Shown here: positions 51,975 through 62,075 of the stretch, piece by piece | How the letters are laid out: each line of letters starts with the position of its first letter | How positions within the stretch are numbered: the first letter of the stretch is position 1 | From: Candidatus Borrarchaeum weybense | Lineage (GTDB): Archaea > Asgardarchaeota > Sifarchaeia > Borrarchaeales > Borrarchaeaceae | NCBI GenBank assembly: GCA_019057385.1 | Contig: JAHQJS010000007.1 | Location: forward strand, 352,001-416,000 | Length of the DNA stretch: 64,000 nt | Reading direction: 5' to 3' | Notes under the pieces: generated by a model | Told to the model about the DNA's origin: nothing | The model's input: the letters and a program-made list of their open reading frames with translations, nothing else | Databases searched by the model: none | Position numbers and translations under genes: made by a program

Positions 51975-52745
51975 TTAAGAATCTAATAAGACTTCTTTAG
52001 CAACTTGAAAGAGAGTTTCTAAATGATCTTTGGTCAAATGGAATTTAAGTTCCCATTCCAGTTCTGCTAAATAATCGCTAATTGTAAAAATAGATCCTGC
52101 CTCAACACCTCTGTATTCTGCTACTGAAAAAATTGCTGAGGCTTCCATATCAACTGTTAAAACTCCTTCTTTTTGATACTGCTTAACTTCCGTTATTGTT
52201 TCTCTATAAGGAGTATCGATAGTCCATGTGGTCCCAACCGAATACTCTAAGTTAAATCTAGTTAATGCTTCTTCTATCTTTTTAGTCAATGTTTTTGAAG
52301 CAAAGGAATATTTTGATGATTTAATGTAATGATGAGATACGCCTTCGTCCCTTATTGCTTTGTCACAAATAATGATATTGCCAACTCTAAGATCTTTTTG
52401 TAATGATCCTGCTATACCAACCGAAATAAATTCCTTGACACCAAAAGCAATGAGTTGTTCCAGTAGTATTACCACTACAGGAGCCCCCCAGCCGAAGTTT
52501 CCAAGGACACCTATCCTGTTATCTGTTTCTTTTAATAGATAGAAGTCTCCATGGAAGCCACGAACTTTTACTATTTCGTGATTTTTTATTATATACTCCA
52601 ACAATTCCTTCTGAAATAAAAGAATCACTCCTTTAGGTGGTTTATAATCCGGATACTTTCCTCTTTTCTTTAAGTAGTCCAAATATTTCTGTGGTGTAAG
52701 CAGTGCAGCTTCTTTATGTTTGTTTTTCAGATTTGGAAATGACAT
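51975..52745 (-). CDS. nucleoside phosphorylase (PNP/UDP family)
   Basis: GAP, RDEGVS, TIDTPYRET, DMEASA. Confidence 0.92.
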   Translation of the reverse strand: MSFPNLKNKHKEAALLTPQKYLDYLKKRGKYPDYKPPKGVILLFQKELLEYIIKNHEIVKVRGFHGDFYLLKETDNRIGVLGNFGWGAPVVVILLEQLIAFGVKEFISVGIAGSLQKDLRVGNIIICDKAIRDEGVSHHYIKSSKYSFASKTLTKKIEEALTRFNLEYSVGTTWTIDTPYRETITEVKQYQKEGVLTVDMEASAIFSVAEYRGVEAGSIFTISDYLAELEWELKFHLTKDHLETLFQVAKEVLLDS

Positions 52746-52798
52746 TATCTTTCAGTTAATTTGATATTATATATAATTTAGCATTCAATTAAGAAAAC

Positions 52799-53257
52799 TT
52801 ATAAGAATTCCAAATCTAAAAGCTTTGGTCTCGGAATCATATTTCTGATATGATGTCCTTTCAATAAGCCACACCCGACTGGGAAATCAAGGTAGGTGAT
52901 CAAAACATAACCATTTAATGCATCTTGAACTTCATTTTTAGTAAGATCCAAATTTTCTCCTTGTATAAAACGGATTGTATGTTCTTTATTGAGTCTGATC
53001 TTGTTTTTGGTAGCATTCTTTCCAAAGAACTGTAAAAAAATAGTAGTAGGTTTGATGTCACGACTAATTCTTGCGATAAGGATGCCGCCAGTAACTGGTT
53101 TTGGCTTTTCAATAAGATTTTTCGGACCAATATAGATTCTACCTTTTGAAGCAGAATAAAACCTAAAATCTTCAAATAATTGTCTTTGGATCCCAAATCG
53201 TTCTTCAAAATAAATAAGAATCTTTTCTTGATCCTGAGGGGAACATTTGATAATCAT
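52799..53257 (-). CDS. RsmF C-terminal/NIP7-like PUA-domain protein
   Basis: YFEERFGI, ATKN, G.VL....PVGCG; overlaps the stop of the m5C MTase gene. Confidence 0.75.
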   Translation of the reverse strand: MIIKCSPQDQEKILIYFEERFGIQRQLFEDFRFYSASKGRIYIGPKNLIEKPKPVTGGILIARISRDIKPTTIFLQFFGKNATKNKIRLNKEHTIRFIQGENLDLTKNEVQDALNGYVLITYLDFPVGCGLLKGHHIRNMIPRPKLLDLEFL

Positions 53258-54177
53258 TTTCTCACCTTAGCAATGAAAAATCCATCTGTATCGTTATGAT
53301 GTGGCCAGATCCGCACAGTTTTCTTGATCTCTGAATTAAATTGCTTACCATTGTATTCAAGAATTCCAGGTGAGAGTTTCATTTTCGGGATATTGATCCT
53401 TTCTATTGAAGCAGGATGATTTTCTAGTAGCCAGTTGATGACTCCTTCGTTTTCTTCTGGAGCAAATGTACATGTAGAATAGACTAGGCACCCTCCTGGT
53501 TTTAAAAGATTAAATGCTTTGACAATAAGTTGTTGTTGAAGGTTTGCATAGCCTGGGATCCTTTTTTCCTGATTAGACCATTTTGATAGCATGGTAGGGT
53601 TTTTTCTAATAGTTCCTTCTGAAGAACAGGGTACATCAACTAAAATAACATCAAAAGAGTTTTTTCCTGGAAAAAGCCGTAGATCTCGATTCGTGATGAC
53701 AACATTCAACGAGCCAGTTTTTTCGATATTAAATTTTAAAGCACGAATCCTGTTATAGTCAATATCATTAGCGATGATTATATCATTATTTTTCATCATT
53801 GCTGCAAGTTGAGTAGTTTTTGATCCAGGAGCTGCACAACCATCTAAAACAAATTCTGAATTTTGAAGTTCTGCATGCAATATTAGAGGAGGCAACATTG
53901 ATGTTAACTCTTGAATGTAGATATAACCTAAGAAGTTCTCCAAAGTGTTGCCAATAGAATTGTTTTGCGAAATAAAGGCATCTGAATGCCAAGGTACTTG
54001 TTTGAGATGTATACCATATTCTTCGAACCTCTCTTTCACAACTTGTTTGTCTGTCTTTAAAGTATTGACACGAAAGGTTTTAGGAAGATGTTGGAGTAAA
54101 CTTGTGAAAAAAGCATCTTGATCATCAACAATTTGTCCATATCGTTCAATAAATTGATCTGGAATAATCAGTTTCAT
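53254..54177 (-). CDS. RsmB/NOP2 family RNA m5C methyltransferase
   Basis: RVNTLK, CAAPGSKT, DVPCS, YSTCT...EENE, DGFF. Confidence 0.95.
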   Translation of the reverse strand: MKLIIPDQFIERYGQIVDDQDAFFTSLLQHLPKTFRVNTLKTDKQVVKERFEEYGIHLKQVPWHSDAFISQNNSIGNTLENFLGYIYIQELTSMLPPLILHAELQNSEFVLDGCAAPGSKTTQLAAMMKNNDIIIANDIDYNRIRALKFNIEKTGSLNVVITNRDLRLFPGKNSFDVILVDVPCSSEGTIRKNPTMLSKWSNQEKRIPGYANLQQQLIVKAFNLLKPGGCLVYSTCTFAPEENEGVINWLLENHPASIERINIPKMKLSPGILEYNGKQFNSEIKKTVRIWPHHNDTDGFFIAKVRK

Positions 54178-54210
54178 AACATCACAAAATTCTAGTGAAA
54201 AGGATTAATA

Positions 54211-54903
54211 TTATTTTGTCTTAAAACTTCTTGTTAATCTTTTTTGAATCTTTTCACTTGTTAGCTCCCTAATTGCATCAGAAGCAATCCATTTGGCACT
54301 TTTAGAGTTAATTGTTTTTATTTCTGTAGCTGTTTCAATAGCCTTCCTATTAAGAATAAGGTTTCTTTTTCCAATTTGTCTTAATGCCCAATTAATTGCC
54401 TTCTTAACAAAGTTTCTTTCATCAGTTGCTTCTCTTTTGATAATCTCAAGAAATTTGATAAATTCTTTATCTTCTTTCTTTTTATCGTGAACCGCTAGAG
54501 ACGCTAATATAGCGAAACCAGTCCTTTTAATAAACTCCTCTTTTCTGCTACTCCATTCAGCTACCTTTTGATAGGCGAATTGAGTTTTTCTAAAAAGATT
54601 ATTGGCACATTGGTCGCAAATATCCCAAGAATTAAAATCTTGCGCCCAACTTTCCATTTGTTGTTCAGTTACTTTCTTAGGGTCATCAATCAGGCTGGCA
54701 AGTAATCTAGCATCGTGGATACCAGACGACCATAGTTTTAATGCTAAAGGATGATTTTTACCAATTTCTTTTGATAAAATTCTCAAATCGGGTATTGATA
54801 CACCGTATGTATTGTTAGCAGTAATTCCAAACCTTTTCATCTTGTCTACTGCTTCTGGATTAGCTAAAGTCTTAAGTCTATCTAAAACTTCTTCAAATTG
54901 CAT
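54211..54903 (-). CDS. DNA alkylation repair protein (AlkD-like)
   Basis: GVSIPDLR, SWDICD, DERNFVKKAINWALR. Confidence 0.9.
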   Translation of the reverse strand: MQFEEVLDRLKTLANPEAVDKMKRFGITANNTYGVSIPDLRILSKEIGKNHPLALKLWSSGIHDARLLASLIDDPKKVTEQQMESWAQDFNSWDICDQCANNLFRKTQFAYQKVAEWSSRKEEFIKRTGFAILASLAVHDKKKEDKEFIKFLEIIKREATDERNFVKKAINWALRQIGKRNLILNRKAIETATEIKTINSKSAKWIASDAIRELTSEKIQKRLTRSFKTK

Positions 54904-54921
54904 TAAAATCTTCCACCATTA

Positions 54922-56469
54922 TTAGGGTGATCTTTCAATAACTAAATCAGCAGCCAAGTTACCAGTGTACATTGCTGTGGGATAACCACCTAAGAACAGT
55001 TCGGAGGCAGCATACATACCTACCATTAATAAATTTTCAATTGGAGTTTCTATCAATAATTTGCCTGGAAGTTTTTTAGATTCATTTACATTCCATGACC
55101 AGCCTGCTATAGAACCCTGAAATCGCTGACTAAAGTCTTCATAAGTTAGCGGAGTTCCGCTATCCATAACTTCAATTGCAGAAGATAAGCCTGGTATAAT
55201 ATTCTCAGCGGTTTTTATTAGCTTCTCAGCTAATTGTTTCTTATAAGAAATATATCCCTCTTTACGTTTCATTTCGCCTAATTTCCAATGAGCAAAGGGT
55301 TCATAAGGAAAACCTGAACGAAGAACTAAGGTTAATTTTTCAAGGGGTGCAGAATCGCGTGCATTTTCTGACCAAAAACTTATCTCAATTTCTCGATTAT
55401 CAAAGTCTTCTAAGTCAAATTTCTCAGGTGGTTTTATTTCTTTACGAAAATAAACACGTTGGGCTTTGATTTTGCTTAAATCAACTTTCTTTGAATCAAC
55501 ACCTAAATAGACACAGAATTCTGAATCGAAAAAGGCTGCATCCTTAATCACATTCAAATATTCTTCCGGAATTTTCTTGGGGTCTACTAACTCTAAAAAA
55601 GTCCTCTTATAATCAGCATTTGATATTACCCATTTAGATTCAAAGATTTCGTTTTTTATGGTCTTTACACCAGTTACACGGTTATTTCTATCGATTAAAA
55701 TTTCTTTGACGGACGAAGCTACTTTAACTTCCCCATTATAATTTAGAAATGTATCATAGATTGATCGGTTAATTCCGTGCATTCCGCATGAGGGATACCA
55801 TATCCCTTTTTCTGAAATTAAGCACCACATAATTGCAAGTAGTAACATAGACATATTGGGTCTATATGTGCCTTGAGATCCCAGAAAATTCTGTAATATC
55901 TCATTAGAAATATATTTTTCGAGTATTTGTTTAGCTGAAATTTTGGAATATTTTTCTATAAGTTCAAACTCATGCTTATATTTTAAGAGTAAGTTCTTAC
56001 GTGCGTTGTCTCTCTTTTTTCCGATTAAATAATCTGGGTGCCATTGGTGAACGTTAACGGTAGCTTTCATGATTTTTTCTAGTTCATCAAGAAATTTATC
56101 AATCCCATCTTGCTCCTCGGTGAAAATTTTTTTCAGACTTATTCTTAATTCTTGAATTGGCTGGGAATACACAATATCAAAAAGGGGCGTTATCAGTTGA
56201 AAGTTATTCTTACGGAATTCAATCTTCTCCTCAATTCCAAGTTCCGTTAATATTTCAATTAGCAAATCAGGATAACTAAATGATAAGGGGCCCATTGGGA
56301 AATAAAACTCGCCTCTCTTGAAAATGTGGCTAGTTCCACCGATAACGCGCATTTTTTCTAACAACAATACCTTCTTACCATTCTTAGCTAACTTTGCCGC
56401 ACATGTTAACCCACCAATCCCCGAACCAATAACTATGACATTATACAATCCATACACACCTGAATACAT
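54922..56469 (-). CDS. phytoene-desaturase-like FAD-dependent oxidoreductase
   Basis: IGSGIGGL...EK...GG, TPLT....G, IENL..VG. Confidence 0.85.
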   Translation of the reverse strand: MYSGVYGLYNVIVIGSGIGGLTCAAKLAKNGKKVLLLEKMRVIGGTSHIFKRGEFYFPMGPLSFSYPDLLIEILTELGIEEKIEFRKNNFQLITPLFDIVYSQPIQELRISLKKIFTEEQDGIDKFLDELEKIMKATVNVHQWHPDYLIGKKRDNARKNLLLKYKHEFELIEKYSKISAKQILEKYISNEILQNFLGSQGTYRPNMSMLLLAIMWCLISEKGIWYPSCGMHGINRSIYDTFLNYNGEVKVASSVKEILIDRNNRVTGVKTIKNEIFESKWVISNADYKRTFLELVDPKKIPEEYLNVIKDAAFFDSEFCVYLGVDSKKVDLSKIKAQRVYFRKEIKPPEKFDLEDFDNREIEISFWSENARDSAPLEKLTLVLRSGFPYEPFAHWKLGEMKRKEGYISYKKQLAEKLIKTAENIIPGLSSAIEVMDSGTPLTYEDFSQRFQGSIAGWSWNVNESKKLPGKLLIETPIENLLMVGMYAASELFLGGYPTAMYTGNLAADLVIERSP

Positions 56470-56621
56470 CTTGTTTTATTTTCTATTTTTGAAAATGCGA
56501 CCCTCATTAAAATTCAAAAATATATCTTAATGATTTCATATGTATAAAATGTAGTTTTTCACTGCTACGCCTCAAGGAAGCCCCGATCCTTTCCTACAAA
56601 AATCAGAATTGTGGGTATTTA

Positions 56622-57815
56622 TTATTTGAGATTAAGGAATTGTTTTAAGTCTTCTAAATTCCTTTTAACAAAAAGCAAATTAGGATCAATTTCTAATGCT
56701 TTTTTATAACACTTTAACGCATTTTTGTGTCGATTTAACGCTCTGTAAGCAAGTCCCATAAGCCCCCACGCTTTTGCATTATTTGCATCGATCTCTACTA
56801 CTTTTTCAAATTGTTTAATAGCATTATGATACTTTCCTAAATAGTAAAAAGCAGTTCCCATTAGATTCCATGCATCTACATACATTATGTCGATTCTTAG
56901 TGCCTTTTCACAGTTTACAATAGTTTTACTATGATCTCCTAGTTTTCCATAAACAACACCCATATTATACCAAGCTTTGGCGAATTTCGGATTGATTTTA
57001 ATAGCTTTTTGAAAACATTTAATTGCTTTTTTGTGCTCTCCTAAATGATCATAGGCCAGACCAATAAGATTCCATGCATCTAAATAATCAGGATTGATTT
57101 CAAGCACTTTTTCAAGACATTCAATAGATCTTGTATGCTCACCTATCTCACCATGGGCTACTCCCATACTATACCATGCATCAGCATCTTGAGGATCAAA
57201 TTTTAACGCTACTTGATAACTGTTAATAGCATTTCTGTGTTCACCTAGCCTTCCATATGAGACCCCCATTTTATACCATGCATCAACATGATCTGATTTA
57301 AGATCTATTGCTTTCTTAAAACATTCAAATGCCTTATTGTGATCTCCCACCTCACTATATACTACACCTAAACTATACCACGCATCAGCTTTCTCTGGAT
57401 CGATTTCCAGTGCTTTTTCATAGGAATGAAGTATGTTTTTATAATCATTTAACCTCCCATAAGCCACTCCCATCATTAGCCAGGCATCTGAATTGTTAGG
57501 ATTTACATCCAAAGCTCTATGGTATGCTCCTACTGCATTTTCATATTCACCTAAATAGTAATAGGCACCACCCATGAGTATCCAAGCATCTACAAATTCA
57601 TAATCTATTTCTAAGGCTTTTTGATAACATTCAATCGCTTTCTTATAATCATCCAGTTTCCCATATGCTTTTCCCATAAGCGCTAAAATAATAGACTGTT
57701 TGTTATTTTCGTTAACCTTTAATGCTTTTTCGTATTCTTTTATAGCTTTTTTATATTTTCCTTCTTTATAGTGTTTATTTCCTTTGTCAATCATATTTTT
57801 AGGGCTTATCTGCAT
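56622..57815 (-). CDS. TPR protein (about 11 repeats)
   Basis: Continuous TPR periodicity; tandem paralogue of the next gene. Confidence 0.93.
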   Translation of the reverse strand: MQISPKNMIDKGNKHYKEGKYKKAIKEYEKALKVNENNKQSIILALMGKAYGKLDDYKKAIECYQKALEIDYEFVDAWILMGGAYYYLGEYENAVGAYHRALDVNPNNSDAWLMMGVAYGRLNDYKNILHSYEKALEIDPEKADAWYSLGVVYSEVGDHNKAFECFKKAIDLKSDHVDAWYKMGVSYGRLGEHRNAINSYQVALKFDPQDADAWYSMGVAHGEIGEHTRSIECLEKVLEINPDYLDAWNLIGLAYDHLGEHKKAIKCFQKAIKINPKFAKAWYNMGVVYGKLGDHSKTIVNCEKALRIDIMYVDAWNLMGTAFYYLGKYHNAIKQFEKVVEIDANNAKAWGLMGLAYRALNRHKNALKCYKKALEIDPNLLFVKRNLEDLKQFLNLK

Positions 57816-57911
57816 CCCTCTATCAATCTATTGAGTAATCATTTTTCGAATAACATTGAGATATTTTGTTTAGTCTTGTGCTAAATAAAAAACCCATCTA
57901 ACTATGAAGTT

Positions 57912-59099
57912 TCACTGGATGCTTTCTAATATTTCTAAATTCCTTTTAGCCAAGACCAATTCTGGATCTAGTTCTAGCGCCTTTCCATAATATTTGATCG
58001 CCTTTTTGAATTCATTCAAAGCCTCACAGGCAATTCCTAAAAGTTCCCATGATTTTGCATTCTCAGGTTCAATATTCAACGCTTGTTGATAGTATTTTAC
58101 TGCCTTTTCGTACTCACCTAAATTATAATAAAGTTGTCCTAAAAGATTCCATGGATCTGTATTCCTCGGATTGAGTTCCACGGCTTTCTGGCAATATTCT
58201 ATTGCCTTATCACGATCACCTAATTTTCCATAAGCTTCTCCTACATTATACCATGCTTTTGCAGATTCAGGATTGATTTTTAGCACTTTCTGATAAAAGT
58301 CAACAGCTTTATTATATTCGCCTAAATGGTAGTAAGCGTCTCCTAAATTGTACCAGAGGTCTGAATTTCCCGACTTCACTTCCAAGAATTTTTCATACCA
58401 TTCAATTGCTTTGTTATATTCACCTAACTCCCCGTACGCTATACCCATATCATACCAGGTAATTGTATCTTCAGGATTGATTTTTAAAACTTGATGATAA
58501 CAATTAACCGCATTCTGATGCTCACCTAATTTACTATAAGCGATTCCCATTTTGTACCAAGGATCTGAAAACACAGGTGTTATTTCCAATGAATTTTGAA
58601 AGCATTCGATGGCTTTGGTATGCATAAATAATTCTTCATACACCAAACCCATGCCATACCAAGCATCAGGATCATTTGGGTTTATATCAAGTGCTTTTTG
58701 ATAGCAATCAATGGTTTTTTCATGCTTGTCTAAAGTGCTGTAAACTACACCCATAAGAAGCCATGTATCTGCATTATCAGGCTTGATTTCAGCCGCGTGA
58801 TGATAGCAGTCAATGGCTTCTTTATATTTGCCTAAATAGTAGTATGAACCACCCATGAGCACCCAAGCATCTGCTTTTGTAGCATCGATGTCCATTGCTT
58901 TTTGATAGCAATCAATAGACTGCTGATGTTCACCTAGCTTTCCATGTGCCTTTCCCAAAAATATCCATGCAATATAGATATCTTCTGATTCTTCCAAGGC
59001 TTTTTTGTATTCTTTAATGGATTCTTTATATTCTCCTTGATCATAATAGGTTTTTCCTTTCTCAAGATGAATATTGTTTAGCATTTTAGCTTCACTCAT
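57912..59099 (-). CDS. TPR protein (about 11 repeats)
   Basis: Continuous TPR periodicity; start moved to MSEAK so it no longer overlaps the upstream gene. Confidence 0.92.
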   Translation of the reverse strand: MSEAKMLNNIHLEKGKTYYDQGEYKESIKEYKKALEESEDIYIAWIFLGKAHGKLGEHQQSIDCYQKAMDIDATKADAWVLMGGSYYYLGKYKEAIDCYHHAAEIKPDNADTWLLMGVVYSTLDKHEKTIDCYQKALDINPNDPDAWYGMGLVYEELFMHTKAIECFQNSLEITPVFSDPWYKMGIAYSKLGEHQNAVNCYHQVLKINPEDTITWYDMGIAYGELGEYNKAIEWYEKFLEVKSGNSDLWYNLGDAYYHLGEYNKAVDFYQKVLKINPESAKAWYNVGEAYGKLGDRDKAIEYCQKAVELNPRNTDPWNLLGQLYYNLGEYEKAVKYYQQALNIEPENAKSWELLGIACEALNEFKKAIKYYGKALELDPELVLAKRNLEILESIQ

Positions 59100-59172
59100 T
59101 CTTATGCTAAGAAAATCCCCTTCCCGGTGAATAATAAATTTTGTGGAGGGAGAGCTGATCGAGTTTGATGGA

Positions 59173-61038
59173 TCACATTTTAGGGGCTTTACTGTGCATT
59201 TTACATAAGTTATTGTCCATATCCCAACATTGCAAGCAAACCCAGCCCATGCATTCTGGGCAATAGTGAATTTCTTCAAAAATTTTCGATGCTCTAAGTT
59301 TTTCCAGTAATTTATCTTTCTCCTTTTGTGTAAGAAAAAAAGTTTGATCTGGAATCGTTTCCTTTTGCTTATAGAGATCTAATGCTTGCTGTAAATCTGT
59401 AGTTGCATGTCCATAGTCTCCTACTACAATTTTCGCTCCAAGTTTAATTCCATATGCTAACAGTTTTACCCATTTTCGCCATTCTTTATCGCGAATTTCA
59501 CCTATATGTTCTCCGTTGCAGCTACACGTAAAAATTAGCCGAAGCGTGTCCCTCAACTTTCCTGATATCACTTCTACGCGTGATGGAAGAGGAATTGTTT
59601 TCGCAATCTCACCAAGTTTTTCCCTAATAGCCATATCATGCTCTTCAATTCTTGAAATTGTTGTATGCAGTTTTTTAGCAATTTCATTAAGAAATCCGAC
59701 AATTAATTTTTCTGCTGGTGACAAAGCTGTTAGTTCTGCATCATTTCCTACCTTCTTGAGTAGGAGACCGAAAAATTCATGTTTTAAACTTTCACCAGAA
59801 AACTGTGCGTTATCCTCATTTACGTTTACTAAAGATAAGCCGCAGATCCTTTGAATTTCTTGAATGAGAACATCAAAATCTTCAACATTTTCTAGAACAA
59901 TAGTATTCTTTTTTAACGAATCTCTTGTACTTTCTTGCTGAAAGACATCTTGAGACACGAATTTCGGCTTTACAAACTGACACGCTTCAATAAACTTCCC
60001 AGGAACTTCTTTAATGATTCTATTATCCTGATAATCCCGGTAGAATAGAACTGCTCCAATCTTGCTGACTGTACAGATTCTAGGTCTTAAATAATAAATA
60101 GCTGTACGAGCTTCTCCTGGGCGAATTTTTTGAAGATAGACAAGACGACCTTCGGTTTGTGATCCTTCTGCACGTTTAAGATCAAGAATATCTTTCGGGT
60201 AATCCAGTTTAATATCCACGTCATGTATAACATATCGAGTATGATTCTCTACCCGAAAACCAAACTTGATAGTATCTCCCCATGGAACAAAACCCCGTTT
60301 CACAACAACTTCATTCTCTGTTTTCTCACAAATTAAAATCTTTGAAAATACCTCAGTGTCATCTTCTGAAACAATTACTTCTGTATCTGGAATGACATCA
60401 GGAAATGAATCAGAAGGAATTTCATTAGGTTTTGTGACTTCTTTTCTTTTTTGATCCAGTTCATGGAGTGCATGTTCTAGATTTTCTTTTGCACCCTTAT
60501 GATCGGGATTTATTTCTAAAGCTTTTTCATAGTAATAGATTGATCTGCTTAAATCTCCTAGATTTTGATATGCCTCTCCCATGTAATTCATAGCATTCTC
60601 AGATCTGTTATTGATTTTCAATGCTGCGTGAAAACACTCAATTGCCTCTTTATATTCCTCCATAGCCATCTTACACCAGCCTAAGTTGACCCAAGTATGC
60701 GCATCTTCTGATTTTAATTCCAGAACTTTGTCAAAACTTTCAATTGCCCATTTATACTTGCCCAATTCTTTGTATGCCATTCCCAAATTACGCCATCCCT
60801 CAATATTTTTAGGATAAAGATTTACGACTTCTTGAGCGCATTCAACAGCTTTCTTATAATTACCGATCATTCTATATGTGGCGCTTAGGGCATTCAAACC
60901 ATCAGCAAATTTGGGGGCAAGCTTTACAGCTATTTCGAAGTGTTCTTTGGCTTTTTTATAATTCTCTTGTGAAAAATGATACTTTCCGGTCCAAAAATAA
61001 TAATTTGCCTTTACAACATCAAGCATTTTTGGATACAC
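59173..61038 (-). CDS. TPR plus adaptin/COP-appendage-like (Ig and platform) plus Cys-rich C-terminal domain protein
   Basis: About 5 TPRs, acidic linker, IKFGFRVEN...I.DV.I.L.YP...I.PGE...Y.L.P, FVKP..VS..VF, then CxC..H and CxxC..CxxC..C..H. Confidence 0.75.
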   Translation of the reverse strand: MYPKMLDVVKANYYFWTGKYHFSQENYKKAKEHFEIAVKLAPKFADGLNALSATYRMIGNYKKAVECAQEVVNLYPKNIEGWRNLGMAYKELGKYKWAIESFDKVLELKSEDAHTWVNLGWCKMAMEEYKEAIECFHAALKINNRSENAMNYMGEAYQNLGDLSRSIYYYEKALEINPDHKGAKENLEHALHELDQKRKEVTKPNEIPSDSFPDVIPDTEVIVSEDDTEVFSKILICEKTENEVVVKRGFVPWGDTIKFGFRVENHTRYVIHDVDIKLDYPKDILDLKRAEGSQTEGRLVYLQKIRPGEARTAIYYLRPRICTVSKIGAVLFYRDYQDNRIIKEVPGKFIEACQFVKPKFVSQDVFQQESTRDSLKKNTIVLENVEDFDVLIQEIQRICGLSLVNVNEDNAQFSGESLKHEFFGLLLKKVGNDAELTALSPAEKLIVGFLNEIAKKLHTTISRIEEHDMAIREKLGEIAKTIPLPSRVEVISGKLRDTLRLIFTCSCNGEHIGEIRDKEWRKWVKLLAYGIKLGAKIVVGDYGHATTDLQQALDLYKQKETIPDQTFFLTQKEKDKLLEKLRASKIFEEIHYCPECMGWVCLQCWDMDNNLCKMHSKAPKM

Positions 61039-61494
61039 TCCCCCAATAACCAGATTTCAACTCACGTAACATCTCATATTCTTGATATAAAATATCCTCT
61101 GAAGTTCTTGAAGTCTGCTTAGTTAAATACTACATTATTACTTATAAAACCCCATCAGCTTTCGGAAAATCTACAGCTAATCTTATATATGAAGGAAGCG
61201 TTTATATCTCAACCCGTGGGCGGGTTCTCAATACCAAGAAGAAAATACGTTAAATGTTCTAAAAACCGCTTTTTGACTAATACTGCACTTAAGCTAGGAG
61301 TGTGTGTACTAGTAACTGCGCAAGCAAGCACCAAAGCTTCAATGTGGTGATGAATTGAGTGAGTGTGAACGTTCATCACTTGCATCGAAGGGTCTCCCTA
61401 ATAGTTATATAGAAGGTATGAAGAAAATAGTAACAGTAATTGGAGGGATAATACACATACTTGTAGACATGGTGCATACTCCGATTGCATTAAA

Positions 61495-61647
61495 TAAAAG
61501 CAGTACCTACGGGACGTAGGGATGTTAAGCCTGTGGAGACTAAATCCTCTACTGAGGCCGTGGAATACCTCAATAGTATCCCCTAGGTCATAGCAAGTTC
61601 GGGCGTCGAAGCAGGATGCCTCAACGCTTTAGCGTGAGGTAGTTCAC
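61495..61647 (+). ncRNA. TnpB-type omegaRNA scaffold / IS200/IS605 right end, tnpB deleted
   Basis: GTACCTACGGGACGTAGG..AAGCCTGTGGAG (reads VPTGRRDVKPVE, like a TnpB C-tail)...GAAGCAGGATGCCTCA..TTTAGCGTGAGGTAGTTCAC; left end not located. Confidence 0.82.
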
Positions 61648-61669
61648 TAAGATGGAAATGCTAGAAGAA

Positions 61670-62075
61670 GTCAATCACCCCTTAACAAGTTAAGGGGCTT
61701 GTTCCGTGAGGAATAAGAGTAATTGGTTGATTAGCCTAAGAGAGGTCATGGTGGAAACAACATGACGGTATCTACGTTATCAGGAGAGTTAAAGAACGCA
61801 CCAAGGGATGCTTCTCTAGTCCCTTGCTCTGTAAACGGTGGTTTAAACAGAGAGGAAACTCTCAGTGATCATCGTATAGTACTGACTGATAACCTTGGCG
61901 AAGAGAACCTACTCCCTTGATGTTGGGAGCGACGGGACTTGCGAGTACCCGTCATTAAAACACCACCTGAGGTTAGGTATATCATCCCCTGTCTTCGTAG
62001 AAAGGGTTGTGTGAGCAACGCCCGGGATCAATTCCTCACCCCAACAAGTTGGGGGGTCTCCTTGAGGTAATAATT
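61670..62075 (+). mobile_element. non-autonomous IscB-type element carrying a HEARO/omegaRNA scaffold (406 bp)
   Basis: GTCAATCACCCC hairpin, GTTGATTAGCCTAAG, CTACGTT, GGATGCTTCTCTAGTCC, TTAAACAG, TTGGCGAAGAG blocks typical of IscB omegaRNA; terminal hairpin followed by ATGA; no iscB ORF. Confidence 0.88.

Noticed and set aside
56563-56622. Possible fourth mini-element (CCTCAAGGAAGCCCCG...GTGGGTATTTAT)
   Set aside because: Left-end similarity only, hairpin broken; too degenerate to list as a feature
56622-59099. TPR repeats as DGR template/variable repeats
   Set aside because: No reverse transcriptase and no adenine-specific repeat pair; ordinary protein repeats
61140-61494. Left end or tnpB ORF for the 61647 element; 33-aa ORF MKKIVTV...
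   Set aside because: No convincing left-end hairpin or RuvC/Zn-ribbon coding remnant; boundary left open
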